DNA of 61,622 bases, the filler included. It is 10 parts of 10 records of this genome, joined end to end, with 100 filler letters (N's around TTAATTAATTAA, not from the genome) between each part and the next. Parts side by side here need not be neighbours in the genome. Positions count along the whole stretch, not along the records: positions 25,231 to 32,491 come from SRR31147125_101105; positions 32,592 to 37,704 come from SRR31147125_101227; positions 37,805 to 42,832 come from SRR31147125_101230; 7 more parts are not named here. One strand, 5' to 3'. Under the pieces are notes generated by a model. It was not told the DNA's origin. It worked only from the letters and a program-made list of their open reading frames with translations, and did no database searches. The position numbers were made by a program, and so were the translations under genes. How positions within the stretch are numbered: position 1 is the first letter of the stretch; each line of letters begins with the position of its first letter. This document shows positions 30,967 through 40,961 of this stretch, piece by piece.

Positions 30967-31533
30967 TTAGTCGTCATCGCCACCGTCGTCGCCCCAATCT
31001 CCATCATCGTCATCGTCGTCCCAATCGTCATCATTATCATAGCCACCTCTTCTTCTCCTCTTTTTCGATTTTCCGAAAATAGCAACATAAATAGCAAAGC
31101 CAATTATTACAATAGCTCCCGGAATTTGCAAAGCTTCTTTAAGCTTATCTTCGGCATTATCGTCAACCTGAAACCAGATAATTATAGCAAGCGCAGTAAG
31201 CAGAACGATAATAACTGCAGCAATAATCAGGCGTTTCAATAGTTTCGATTTCCCGGTATTCATTTTGCCCGAATAGCTTCCTTTCGAAACAATTTTGTTT
31301 GGTCCGGCCTCAGTTTCGGGTTGTTCGTTGGCAGCTTGCGGCTGTTCCGAAAGCGGATTCCCACATTTTTCGCAAAACGAAGCATTTTCCGGATTTTGGT
31401 GGCCACATTTCGAACAAAATACGGATTGTTGAGTTGATAATAGTTCTTCAAGGTTCGCGCCACAGTTGGGGCAGAATTTATCATCTGCATTTACCACGTT
31501 ATTGTGACATTTTGGGCATTTTTCTGGTTGCAT
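30967..31533 (-). CDS. double zinc-ribbon membrane protein with acidic tail
   Basis: CPKC, CPNC, CSKC and CEKC, two TM helices, KKRRRR, then a Asp/Trp/Gly tail; likely start MQPEKC at 31533. Confidence 0.8.
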   Translation of the reverse strand: MQPEKCPKCHNNVVNADDKFCPNCGANLEELLSTQQSVFCSKCGHQNPENASFCEKCGNPLSEQPQAANEQPETEAGPNKIVSKGSYSGKMNTGKSKLLKRLIIAAVIIVLLTALAIIIWFQVDDNAEDKLKEALQIPGAIVIIGFAIYVAIFGKSKKRRRRGGYDNDDDWDDDDDDGDWGDDGGDDD

Positions 31534-31939
31534 CTGTTTAAAATTGATGGTTTTTAAAGCATAAAATGGAATCCGCATGGATTTTATCCATAATAATTGG
31601 TCTAAATTCCAGTCTTATGCTTATTTCATAAATACAGTTTAAGTCAACACCCTAAATATAAATAACTGATTTTAAAATTAAGTAATCCTAATTATTTTTT
31701 TGCTAAAAAACATTAGGTTATGTTTCTATTTTTAATGAAATAAGTGTGTTTAAATTCTACCGGTTTTTGTTAAATAATTATTTACTCCTTTGTCTATTAT
31801 TCCTTAGTTTTGTTAGGCAACTAAATTAACTAACCATGAAACTACCCGGAATTTTCATTCTTCAAATTCTAAAAAAAGAAGAATTTAAATTCATCGAGAG
31901 TTACATCGGATGCAAATGAAACTAACAATTTTAAATACG

Positions 31940-32491
31940 ATGAAATCTTTAATTTCCCTTGTCTTTCTTTTTATCATTTCATGTTCCTTACAGCCCAATT
32001 TTAATGATGAAACAATTCTTCAGGCTATTGAAAATGGTAAGCTTGCCAACGAAGGTTTTGTGCGAAGCCTTGACTTTACCAAGGCCTGGCTAACAAAAAC
32101 CGATTCAGTTAGCGGTTTAATTCCTACTAATTTAACGCGGAAAAAAGATTTATGGGAGCCGCACAATTCTGCTGCCGATAATTATCCGTTTATGGTGTTA
32201 ACTGCCTGTTTTCTCGATAGAAATTTGTATGAAGGTGAGCTCCTTGAAATGTTAAAAACCGAAAGGAAATTAACATCTCGTGTGAAATCGTTACCCGATA
32301 CTTATTCTTTTTCTAAAAGAGGTTTTAAGAATGATGAATTGAATATGGGAGATGTGATTTTCGGCACTTCGGAATATATAAAAGACGGTTTGATTCCTTT
32401 AAACGAATGCATCGGAAAGTCGCCATGGCAAAAGCGAATGATGGAAATGCTTGATGACCTTTCGGAATACATGACCGATGTTTCGGATTTG
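31940..32491 (+). CDS. hypothetical lipoprotein (partial)
   Basis: Hydrophobic signal with IISC lipobox; SAADNYPFMVL and EYIKDGL segments; runs into the spacer. Confidence 0.65.
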
Positions 32492-32591
32492 NNNNNNNNN
32501 NNNNNNNNNNNNNNNNNNNNNNNNNNNNNNNNNNNTTAATTAATTAANNNNNNNNNNNNNNNNNNNNNNNNNNNNNNNNNNNNNNNNNNNN
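32492..32591. other. artificial contig-joining spacer
   Basis: N44-TTAATTAATTAA-N44. Confidence 0.98.
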
Positions 32592-32603
32592 CCAGACAAC
32601 TTG

Positions 32604-32617
32604 TGTCCAGGTACTTA
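32604..32617 (+). repeat. repeat-element end at contig start
   Basis: TGTCCAGGTACTTA, identical to 13258-13271. Confidence 0.6.
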
Positions 32618-32682
32618 TGACACCTCTTTCATTGACATGTGCCATGTAGTATAAAATGGTCATTTCTTAAAAATGGATCGCC

Positions 32683-33348
32683 ATGGACATCTCCCTCTCC
32701 AACATTACCAAAACCTATCTGGAAAGCGGACAGGCCCGCTCCATTTTCGTTGATTTGAATGCCGTGTTCCCGGCTGGGGAAATTTCCGTCATCGTGGGAA
32801 AGAGCGGGGTCGGTAAAAGTACGCTACTCAATCTAATCGGCGGAATTGATTTGCCGGATCCCGGAAAAGGCGAAATACGGATTGGCTCCACTACCCTTTC
32901 AATCCTCAATGACCATCAACGGACGGTCTTCAGACGACAACACATCGGAATGGTGTTCCAGTTTTTCAATCTCATCCCTGTGCTCACCGTCATGGAAAAC
33001 ATCGCTCTGGTTGCAGAGCTTGATGGTAGAACTCGACGAGAGTATGAAGAAAAAGCCCATTATCTTCTGAATCGTGTGGGACTTCAGGGGCGGGAAAATA
33101 CCTTTCCGGACAAGCTTTCCGGGGGAGAGCAGCAACGGGTCGCCATCGTTAGGGCGCTACTTAACGATCCGGATATCATTCTGGCGGATGAGCCCACCGG
33201 GAACCTGGATATGGAGACCGGCATCTCGATCTTGGCGCTTCTTGTGGAGATGACACAAGAAGAAAACAAAAGTTTACTGATGGTGACTCACAGTCCGGAA
33301 GCGATATCGTTTGCCTCTCAGGTGTTCACTGTAAAAAAAGGCAAGTGA
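32683..33348 (+). CDS. ABC transporter ATP-binding protein (LolD/MacB-like)
   Basis: GKSGVGKST, FQFFNL, LSGGEQQRVAI, ADEPTGNLD and VTH. Confidence 0.95.
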   Translation: MDISLSNITKTYLESGQARSIFVDLNAVFPAGEISVIVGKSGVGKSTLLNLIGGIDLPDPGKGEIRIGSTTLSILNDHQRTVFRRQHIGMVFQFFNLIPVLTVMENIALVAELDGRTRREYEEKAHYLLNRVGLQGRENTFPDKLSGGEQQRVAIVRALLNDPDIILADEPTGNLDMETGISILALLVEMTQEENKSLLMVTHSPEAISFASQVFTVKKGK

Positions 33349-33379
33349 TCCCACAGGAAAAAAAGGGGCGATATAACCC

Positions 33380-36157
33380 ATGCCGATACCTCATTTGCCT
33401 TCCAGGTGGGTGTTGCTCCGAACGACATTGGCATTTAGTCGAACCCACTGGCAAAGGACCCTGCTTCTTATTTTCGGCATTGCCCTTGGCGTTTCCGCCG
33501 TCATTGCCATCGATATCGCCAAAAGCAGTGTGGGAAAGTCATTTTCCATTTCAACGGATCTCTTGACCGGAAAGGCCACCCATCGGATTGTGGGAAGCCG
33601 TTTCAGGATCGATCAGCAGATTTTTGCTGATTTGAAAATGAAACTGGGAATTGAAACCTGCGCGCCGGTCATCTCCGACTTCATTATTGTGGAGGCCTTT
33701 GGCGACAAAAAGATGCAGCTGCTTGGCATAGATCCCTACAGTGAAACCACTATCCGGAATTTTTCTGCATCCGTTTCCCCATCATCTCAAGATAGCTTCC
33801 AAAATTCGCGAAATCTCTCCATATTAGAGCCATCGAAAGTTATGATTTCTGCTGAACTGGCTGAGCAATTCCATGTGGAGATCAATAGTACTCTTTTTCT
33901 CTCTTTCGGACAGCAACGCATACCGGTAAAGGTGGCAGGGCTGTTAAACAGCTCGGAGCGATGGCAAAATAAAGCGTATCGCGGCATCGTTCTCACCGAT
34001 ATTGCAACCGCCCAGGAACTGCTGCAAATGGGTTCTGATATCACCCACATCGATCTGATCCTGGGGAGGCGCAGCGGGGAGGACGGAGACGTAGACAAAG
34101 ATTCGGCTGAGGCTGAAACAATAGCCCGGCAAGAAAAGGCGATCCGTTCCATTCTTCCTTCCGGTGCCGCGCTCATCCGGACAGCTCACCGGAATACCGT
34201 GATCCGAAGTCTCTCTTCTTCATTTGAAACCAGCTTGTCTGCCTTCAGTATGCTTGCTCTCTTCATGGCCATGTTTTTGATCTATAACACGGTCTCATTT
34301 TCGGTTGCCCAACGACGTCGGCTCATCGGCGTCTTACGTTCCCTTGGCGCGACACGACAAGGCATCTTCAAGATGATTCTATTGGAAATCATTTGTTATG
34401 CCGTGATCGGGGCCGTGTTCGGCATGGGCCTGGGGATTGTTTTAGGCAAGGGAGCGGTGCAGGCGGTTTGTCAGACCGTTTCCGGCATCTACTTTCCCTT
34501 AATCGTGAGTCAGCCCCATGTGACGCCGGCGGTGCTGATCAAAGGGATGACGGCAGGCATCGGCTCCGCGGTTACGGCATCGCTTCTTCCTGCGTTGGAG
34601 GCCACCCGGTATCCACCGGTGACGGTGATCGTCCGTTCAGACACTGAGGAGCGAATTCGACGGCGGATGCCACTGTTATCTTTACTGGGCGTGATATTGT
34701 CGATCACGTCTTTCGTCATCTTTATGATTCCCCATACCGGCGCGGGAATCGATTTTGCAGCCCTCTTCATGACCTTTACCGGCGCAGCGTTATTGGTGCC
34801 GTACCTAACGGTGGTGAGTATCCGTGGGGCAATTTTACCGATCAAATATCTCAATGCAAGGCATCCCCGAACAGATGCGATATTGTCTCACTCGAATTCC
34901 ATGGGGTGCATCAAAACACTGCAGAACGTTTTGGGCAAACGGATGAGGCCCACGGTGCTCACTTTGACGGCCATGAAAAATATTGTGCGGGGATTGAGCC
35001 GAACAACGGTTTTAATTGCCTCATTGACGGTGGTGATGGCCGTCTATATCGGCATCGGCACCATGACGGCCAGCTTCAGACAGTCCGTGGTGACATGGGT
35101 GGATGACAACATCGGGGGAGATATCCATATCCGATCGGCTGATCGGCGTTCCCTTTCACTTGATCCTCTCTTCATCCGTCAGGCCTTGGCATTGCCGGAG
35201 GTGGAACGAGCAAGCACCTATTCGATCCATCGAATTTTTTCCCGTCGATCCGGTGAAGTTCGACTCTTTTCCTATGCAACGGATTATTCAAAACGAGAGT
35301 GGGTCTGGACAGCGGATGGGCACGAGACCCGTTTCGCAAAAGGGGGAATTTACGTGTCGGAGATTTTTGCCCGGTGCCATGGGATTCAACGGAAAAGTGG
35401 GCGTCAGGTGATCCTTTCGACATTGAACGGAGCCCAACCGTTTACCGTTGTCGGTATTTTCAGGGATTTCATGATGGGAGGGGGCAGAGTCATTGTCAAT
35501 CGCCCCACCATGAAAGCGTTTTGGGGATATGATGATATCACTTCGATTCAGCTCTTTCTAAAACCTGAAGCTCTCCCTGATGGGGTGTTTGAAGGGGGAA
35601 TAAACGAATCGGAGAGAGCCGGGGGAGAAGATGGGATTGGCCATGTCATGACGAAAATCAGAGACCTTGCTTCCAGATCGTCCAACCGGTCACCCATTGA
35701 GATGAGACGGGGGGATTCAATCAAAGAGGGGGTGCTGCGGGTCTTTGACCAGACCTTTTTAATCACGACCGCGCTACAGTTGCTGACTGCCATTGTGGCG
35801 CTGACCGGAATCGTCAATTCGGTCATGGCGTTGCTGTTGGAGCGGGTACGTGAGATTGGGATTTTGCGTGCCTGTGGTGCGGAATCCGGACAGGTGACTC
35901 GACTCCTTTTGATGGAGTGCGGGATGTGCGGCTTGTTGTCGGGACTCTTTGCCGTCCCACTGGGGGGGTATATATCATGGGTGCTCATCGATGTCATTAA
36001 CCGACGCGCCTTCGGGTGGACATATGATCTGATTTTTCAGGGAGATGTTGTGATACAAGCCGTATTGTTGGCACTGGTGTCCGCATGGGCTGCAGCAATC
36101 ATTCCCGCCCGGCAGATGGGAAAACGACACATCGCAACTGCGCTTCGGATGGAGTAA
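33380..36157 (+). CDS. FtsX-like (MacB-type) ABC permease with duplicated domains
   Basis: GIALGVS, SVAQRRRLIGVLRSLGA and ERVREIGILRACGA FtsX motifs. Confidence 0.92.
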   Translation: MPIPHLPSRWVLLRTTLAFSRTHWQRTLLLIFGIALGVSAVIAIDIAKSSVGKSFSISTDLLTGKATHRIVGSRFRIDQQIFADLKMKLGIETCAPVISDFIIVEAFGDKKMQLLGIDPYSETTIRNFSASVSPSSQDSFQNSRNLSILEPSKVMISAELAEQFHVEINSTLFLSFGQQRIPVKVAGLLNSSERWQNKAYRGIVLTDIATAQELLQMGSDITHIDLILGRRSGEDGDVDKDSAEAETIARQEKAIRSILPSGAALIRTAHRNTVIRSLSSSFETSLSAFSMLALFMAMFLIYNTVSFSVAQRRRLIGVLRSLGATRQGIFKMILLEIICYAVIGAVFGMGLGIVLGKGAVQAVCQTVSGIYFPLIVSQPHVTPAVLIKGMTAGIGSAVTASLLPALEATRYPPVTVIVRSDTEERIRRRMPLLSLLGVILSITSFVIFMIPHTGAGIDFAALFMTFTGAALLVPYLTVVSIRGAILPIKYLNARHPRTDAILSHSNSMGCIKTLQNVLGKRMRPTVLTLTAMKNIVRGLSRTTVLIASLTVVMAVYIGIGTMTASFRQSVVTWVDDNIGGDIHIRSADRRSLSLDPLFIRQALALPEVERASTYSIHRIFSRRSGEVRLFSYATDYSKREWVWTADGHETRFAKGGIYVSEIFARCHGIQRKSGRQVILSTLNGAQPFTVVGIFRDFMMGGGRVIVNRPTMKAFWGYDDITSIQLFLKPEALPDGVFEGGINESERAGGEDGIGHVMTKIRDLASRSSNRSPIEMRRGDSIKEGVLRVFDQTFLITTALQLLTAIVALTGIVNSVMALLLERVREIGILRACGAESGQVTRLLLMECGMCGLLSGLFAVPLGGYISWVLIDVINRRAFGWTYDLIFQGDVVIQAVLLALVSAWAAAIIPARQMGKRHIATALRME

Positions 36158-36166
36158 ACATACCGT

Positions 36167-37351
36167 ATGAAATGGGGGGATTCATCGATGAGGTGGGCAT
36201 GGGTACTCATTTGGGGGATCGGCATGGCTCTCACAGGGTGTTCAAATGAAGCGCCGATGGATCGCATTGATATCGGGCAGTCCCTCTCCGCCGTCGATGC
36301 GTTGCCCTGTTTTGCCCGTGCGGACAAAGTGATCCCCATTACATTCCCCGGAGATCTTGGGAGTCATGACCGGTTTCAAACCGAATGGTGGTACTATACC
36401 GGAAATCTTGATTGTGCTGATGGACGTCATTTCGGGTATCAGCTCACATTTTTCAGACGTGCGCTTTTATGTGAGGAATCCGTCCGGGAAAATGGAGTGC
36501 CTCATGATCTCGATAGCCCGCGTGCGGTCTCTTTGTGGCGAACCAATCAACTCTACTTGGCTCACTTTGCCGTGACGGATATTGAAGCAAGAACGTTTTA
36601 TTCCGATCATCGCATGTCGCGTCAAGCACTGGGGCTGGCCGGGGCTGATGCGGATCCCTATCGCGTTTGGCTTGGAAGGTGGCAAGTGGAATCGCGTGAC
36701 TCAGATGGGGAAGAACCGACTGTTCATTTGACGGCGCATGATGATGATTTCGGCGTCGACCTCACACTGGTTTCCGTGAAGCCAACCGTCTTTCAAGGTG
36801 TTGACGGGCTCAGCAGAAAAAGCCGGAAAGAAGGGAACGCGTCCTATTATTACTCCATGACGCGAAGTGAGACCCGAGGAAGCGTTAAGACAAAAGCAGG
36901 ACAATTCGATGTGACCGGGACCAGTTGGTTTGATCATGAGTGGAGTACCAGTGCATTGGGAGCTGATGAACGGGGGTGGGACTGGATTGCCGTCCACTTG
37001 ACCGACCAGCGGGATCTTATGGTGTGTCAGGTACGAAAAACCGATGGGACCCCCAATGCCTTTGCATTTGGCTGTCTCTCATACCCGGATGGTCAATACG
37101 CCATATTGAATGCCGCCGACTTTACTCTGCAGGTGCAGGAGCATTGGAAAAGTGAGACCACTGGTGCCCGCTATCCTTCCAAATGGCGGCTGACAATTTC
37201 CCGATATGATTTGGAGATGACCATTGCCCCGTACCTCAATAACCAGGAACATTTGGGCGACTTTATATATTGGGAGGGATGTGTAAAAGTAAGTGGAAAA
37301 AATCTTTCCGGTTTTGGATATGCTGAATTGACGGGATATGACTCTCTTTAG
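36167..37351 (+). CDS. AttH/CrtC-like lipocalin-fold protein, probable lipoprotein
   Basis: FPGDLGSH, EWWYYTGNL, GYQLTFFR, ASYYYS, WFDHEWS, GWDW, YWEG and GYAELTGY; LTGC lipobox. Confidence 0.9.
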   Translation: MKWGDSSMRWAWVLIWGIGMALTGCSNEAPMDRIDIGQSLSAVDALPCFARADKVIPITFPGDLGSHDRFQTEWWYYTGNLDCADGRHFGYQLTFFRRALLCEESVRENGVPHDLDSPRAVSLWRTNQLYLAHFAVTDIEARTFYSDHRMSRQALGLAGADADPYRVWLGRWQVESRDSDGEEPTVHLTAHDDDFGVDLTLVSVKPTVFQGVDGLSRKSRKEGNASYYYSMTRSETRGSVKTKAGQFDVTGTSWFDHEWSTSALGADERGWDWIAVHLTDQRDLMVCQVRKTDGTPNAFAFGCLSYPDGQYAILNAADFTLQVQEHWKSETTGARYPSKWRLTISRYDLEMTIAPYLNNQEHLGDFIYWEGCVKVSGKNLSGFGYAELTGYDSL

Positions 37352-37381
37352 AGATCTGACACTTTGACTCGTCAAACGAAA

Positions 37382-37424
37382 AACCCCCTTTCCAGATAAC
37401 GATGGGTATCGGGAAAGGGGGTTT
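37382..37424. terminator. probable bidirectional intrinsic terminator
   Basis: AAACCCCCTTTCC...GGAAAGGGGGTTT hairpin between convergent genes. Confidence 0.7.
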
Positions 37425-37453
37425 CGTCATGAGTCAAAGGTTTTTTCCGATAT

Positions 37454-37657
37454 CTAAATGGGCTCTATTTCACATCGATCATTAAGATGAAGTCTAAATA
37501 CATATAGAGCCAAGGCGGCAACAGGAATGGCAAGAACAAATCCGACTACAGGCAATAGGGTAAAACCGGAAATGACAAGACCAATTGAACCGAGAAATAT
37601 AAGAAGAGCGATCATTGCTTTTGACAGTTTTTGAGGTACACATTCATTTGCTTTCAT
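37454..37657 (-). CDS. small hypothetical membrane protein
   Basis: 67 aa, two TM helices (GFTLLPVVG), GGGGGT RBS-like sequence upstream. Confidence 0.6.
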   Translation of the reverse strand: MKANECVPQKLSKAMIALLIFLGSIGLVISGFTLLPVVGFVLAIPVAALALYVFRLHLNDRCEIEPI

Positions 37658-37704
37658 AACTTACCCCCCATATTTTTTTATATGAAAAACCTCACGCGTA
37701 TCGG

Positions 37705-37804
37705 NNNNNNNNNNNNNNNNNNNNNNNNNNNNNNNNNNNNNNNNNNNNTTAATTAATTAANNNNNNNNNNNNNNNNNNNNNNNNNNNNNNNNNNNNNNNN
37801 NNNN
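37705..37804. other. artificial contig-joining spacer
   Basis: N44-TTAATTAATTAA-N44. Confidence 0.98.
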
Positions 37805-38143
37805 ATCATGGCCATAAGCAGCGGGCTGGACTATGCCGTTGATACGTCCGGCAGCGCGGCTTTAATGAATGCCGCCGCGAAATGCCTGAAGCCGGGCGGC
37901 CGGGGCTGCGGTGTTGCCGCCACGGGCCTGCCGCGGCTTGGACGCGAGGACGGCCGGCGGTGGGACGAGGTCATCCAGGGCTCTTCCATACCGTGTGAAT
38001 TTATTCCGAAGATGATCGATCTATACATGCAGGGACATTTTCCTTATGACAGGATGCTCTCGTATTTCGAATTTGAACGGATCGGCGAAGCATTCCGGCA
38101 GATGAAAAACGCGGAGATTATCAAGCCTGTCCTTGTTATGTAA
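37805..38143 (+). CDS. zinc-binding (aryl-)alcohol dehydrogenase, C-terminal part
   Basis: GLDYAVDTSG, QGSSIP.EFIP, GHFPYDR and IIKPVL. Confidence 0.8.
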   Translation: MMAISSGLDYAVDTSGSAALMNAAAKCLKPGGRGCGVAATGLPRLGREDGRRWDEVIQGSSIPCEFIPKMIDLYMQGHFPYDRMLSYFEFERIGEAFRQMKNAEIIKPVLVM

Positions 38144-38207
38144 GCTATCAGTGGCCGGTTAATGCTTAGCAAACAAAAGGCCGGTGTTTGAGCGCTGCCA
38201 AAAATTC

Positions 38208-38236
38208 TTGTAAATCCAGTATATTTGGCTTATACT
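38208..38236 (+). promoter_or_regulatory. sigma70/sigmaA-type promoter
   Basis: TTGTAA-17 nt-TATACT upstream of the GtrA gene. Confidence 0.55.
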
Positions 38237-38269
38237 GTCTCAGTAATACATCTGAAAAGAGTGGTTTTT

Positions 38270-38755
38270 ATGACGGACAAACCAGCCGGAGAGTTGACGC
38301 CGAGACAAAATGCCGTTCAGTTTTTTAAATTCACGCTTTTTTCGATATCAGCAGGCGGGATCCAGATTTTAAGCTTTACGGCGCTTGATAAGCTGACAGG
38401 GCTGCCGTACTGGCCGAAGTATCTCGTTGCACTTGTCCTCTCGGTCGTTTATAACTTTACGGTCAACCGGCACTTTACCTTTAAGTCGGCAGCCAACATA
38501 CCGCTGGCTATGACGAAGGTTGTGCTGTACTATTTCGTATTCACCCCGGCTTCGACTTGGTGGGGCGATACGCTGACGGGGCATGGCTGGAATGAATACC
38601 TTGTCTTATTCGGGACAATGGTTATTAATTTCGTAACGGAATTTCTATTCTGCCGCTTTGTTGTTTACCGGAAAACGATCAATACGAACAAGCTGGCCGA
38701 GCGCGACCGGGAGAAAGCGCGCCTTCAGGAAAAGAGCCTGATAGAGGCGGAATAA
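38270..38755 (+). CDS. GtrA-family membrane protein
   Basis: FFKFTLFSISAG, NFTVNRHFTFKS, four TM helices, RFVVY. Confidence 0.85.
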   Translation: MTDKPAGELTPRQNAVQFFKFTLFSISAGGIQILSFTALDKLTGLPYWPKYLVALVLSVVYNFTVNRHFTFKSAANIPLAMTKVVLYYFVFTPASTWWGDTLTGHGWNEYLVLFGTMVINFVTEFLFCRFVVYRKTINTNKLAERDREKARLQEKSLIEAE

Positions 38756-38801
38756 GGTCCTGCTTTGATGAGCATTTATCGCAGAGACATGGGAGTTACA
38801 T

Positions 38802-39281
38802 ATGAGCGAATTTACGATCAGAAAAGCCAAATTGGAAGACGTGCCGCTGATTCTCCGTTTTACAAAGGAGCTGGCCGAGTATGAAAACCTGCTTGATCAG
38901 GTGACGGCGACAGAAGAGATGCTGCGGGAGTGGATATTTAAAAAGGGAAAAGCGCAGGCCGTCATCGGAGAGGAAAACGGAATGCCTGTCGGCTATGCCC
39001 TGTACTTTTATAATTTATCAACGTTTTTAGGACGGGCCGGTATCTACATCGAAGACCTGTACGTGCGTCCGGCGCACCGGAAAAAAGGATACGGCAAGGC
39101 ATTTTTTAGATATATCGCACGGCTCGCGCGCGATGAGGGCTACGGCCGCCTGGAGTGGGCGTGCCTGGACTGGAATCAACCGAGCATCGATTTTTATCAG
39201 GCCCTCGGCGCACAGAAGAAGGACGAATGGAAGCTTTTCCGCCTTGACGAGGCCGGTATTAAAAAGCTGGCCACAGATTAA
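38802..39281 (+). CDS. GNAT N-acetyltransferase (diamine/SSAT-like)
   Basis: ELAEYE, STFLGRAGIYIEDLYV, RKKGYG, LDWNQPSIDFY. Confidence 0.92.
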   Translation: MSEFTIRKAKLEDVPLILRFTKELAEYENLLDQVTATEEMLREWIFKKGKAQAVIGEENGMPVGYALYFYNLSTFLGRAGIYIEDLYVRPAHRKKGYGKAFFRYIARLARDEGYGRLEWACLDWNQPSIDFYQALGAQKKDEWKLFRLDEAGIKKLATD

Positions 39282-39285
39282 ACAT

Positions 39286-39321
39286 AAAAAAACGGCTTGC
39301 CTTGCGGCAAGCCGTATTTTT
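39286..39321. terminator. bidirectional intrinsic terminator
   Basis: AAAAAA-ACGGCTTGCC-TTGC-GGCAAGCCGT-ATTTTT between convergent GNAT genes. Confidence 0.75.
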
Positions 39322-39857
39322 TATTCGATCGCGACGGGTCTTCCCAGCTCGTACTGACAGCCGAGGAATTCAATGGGGACACCGTGTTTATCCCGATGGA
39401 ACGAAAAGACGGCGCTGCCCGTCATTTTAAAGCCGAGCTTATGCAGCAGCGCGCAGGAAGGGATGTTTTCCGAGGCGGTGCCGGAGATGATTTTTGTTGC
39501 CCCGAGCTTTTCAAACGCATACGTCAGCGCGGCCCGGCAGCTTTCGGTGGCGTAGCCCTGTCCGTGAAAAGCCGCGTCTACGCAATACCCCAGATTGTAA
39601 ACGCCGGGGGTTTCCGTCTGGACCAGGCTGATATAACCGATGAAATCGCGAGCGCCCTTTATAAAGACGGCAAAATAGCCGTCGTTTGCGGCAAAGCGGC
39701 GGCAGAGCTCCCTGATTTTATGATCGGAGGCCGGCCAGGAATGATCATAAACGGCGTATTCCGAAGCGTTGAACCAGACAATCATGGCCTTGAGCAGCCG
39801 CCAGTCTTCAGGTTTAAAATTCCGGATGATGAGGCGCGGCGTTTCAAATGATGCCAT
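39321..39857 (-). CDS. GNAT N-acetyltransferase (RimJ/RimL-like)
   Basis: ETPRLIIR, LGYCV...HGQGYATE, ENIPSCALLHKLGF. Confidence 0.9.
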   Translation of the reverse strand: MASFETPRLIIRNFKPEDWRLLKAMIVWFNASEYAVYDHSWPASDHKIRELCRRFAANDGYFAVFIKGARDFIGYISLVQTETPGVYNLGYCVDAAFHGQGYATESCRAALTYAFEKLGATKIISGTASENIPSCALLHKLGFKMTGSAVFSFHRDKHGVPIEFLGCQYELGRPVAIE

Positions 39858-39899
39858 GGCGATACCTCCCGTTATACTCAGGATATGCGGTGAAGAATT

Positions 39900-40694
39900 T
39901 TATAGACCCAGTAAGCGCTTGGCGTTGCCGCCGAGTATGAGCGCCTTGTCAGGCTCGGAAAGCGCCGTTTGTTTCAGACGCGCGATTTCATCCTTCGCGT
40001 CCGACCACGGCGAGTCTGAGGCAAACAGGATCTTGTCAGCGCCGTGATTTTTAACGATGCGCAAAAATTGCTCCGGCGGGAAATATTCAAAGCCCATGGA
40101 GGTGTCAAGATAAATATTCCGCCCGACTATATACCGTTCGACGTCGTCCCATTCCCCGTGCCCGCCAAAATGCGCCGCGACGATAACGCCGCCCTTCATG
40201 GCGTCGGCAATGCGGGCGAACCGCTCCGGGCTGGACCGGTACGGCGCTTCATACCCCGGGTCCTCGCCGGCGTGGTGTAAAAGGATCAGGCCCCGGCTGA
40301 GCGCGTAGTCATATATCCGGAGCATTTTCGGCTCGTCAATGACAAAATCCTGATACTCACAGTGAAATTTGATGCCGCGGAGACCCAAGCTGACGATAAA
40401 GTCAATATCGCGCTTATAATCGTCCGTGTGCGGATAAATCCCGCCGAAGGGTATAATACGGTCGGAAGCAAGACCGGCGGCCCACTCGTTGAGGCCGATA
40501 AATTGCGACGGCTTCGTGATAACGGGTTGCAGGACGGAGATGTCGACCCCGCTTTCTTCCATGTGCTTTAAAAGGCCGGAGACTGTCCCGTCTGTCACGG
40601 GGGTAAAGGCCTCCTCAATGTTCTCTAAAAGTGTGCCGATTGCCCGCCGGGCCAGCTCGTCCGGGAAGGCGTGTGTATGAAAGTCAATGACCAT
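39900..40694 (-). CDS. amidohydrolase_2 family metal-dependent hydrolase
   Basis: IDFHTHAFP, GIKFH, HAG, AAHFGG, YLDTS and LFASDSPW. Confidence 0.92.
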   Translation of the reverse strand: MVIDFHTHAFPDELARRAIGTLLENIEEAFTPVTDGTVSGLLKHMEESGVDISVLQPVITKPSQFIGLNEWAAGLASDRIIPFGGIYPHTDDYKRDIDFIVSLGLRGIKFHCEYQDFVIDEPKMLRIYDYALSRGLILLHHAGEDPGYEAPYRSSPERFARIADAMKGGVIVAAHFGGHGEWDDVERYIVGRNIYLDTSMGFEYFPPEQFLRIVKNHGADKILFASDSPWSDAKDEIARLKQTALSEPDKALILGGNAKRLLGL

Positions 40695-40961
40695 AGGTTG
40701 TCCTCGAGTATCGGCCGCCGACTGAAGGGCCGGGGCCGGCGCATCTTAGTGCTGTAAAATTGCCGGACGCGTCACCGTTCGACCTTTTGAGTATAAGCGC
40801 TGCGGTAGGACATGTCAATGCAGACCCCATGCCCAGGAGGCCGCAAACAGGGATTATTGTCGATTTGTATTGCATATTAAGCGGAAAAGAATTAATCTTA
40901 GATAGAAAAGAAGCCAGCGCTTTTAAGCGCCGGTGTCAGATAGATATTTAGGAGGACTACC

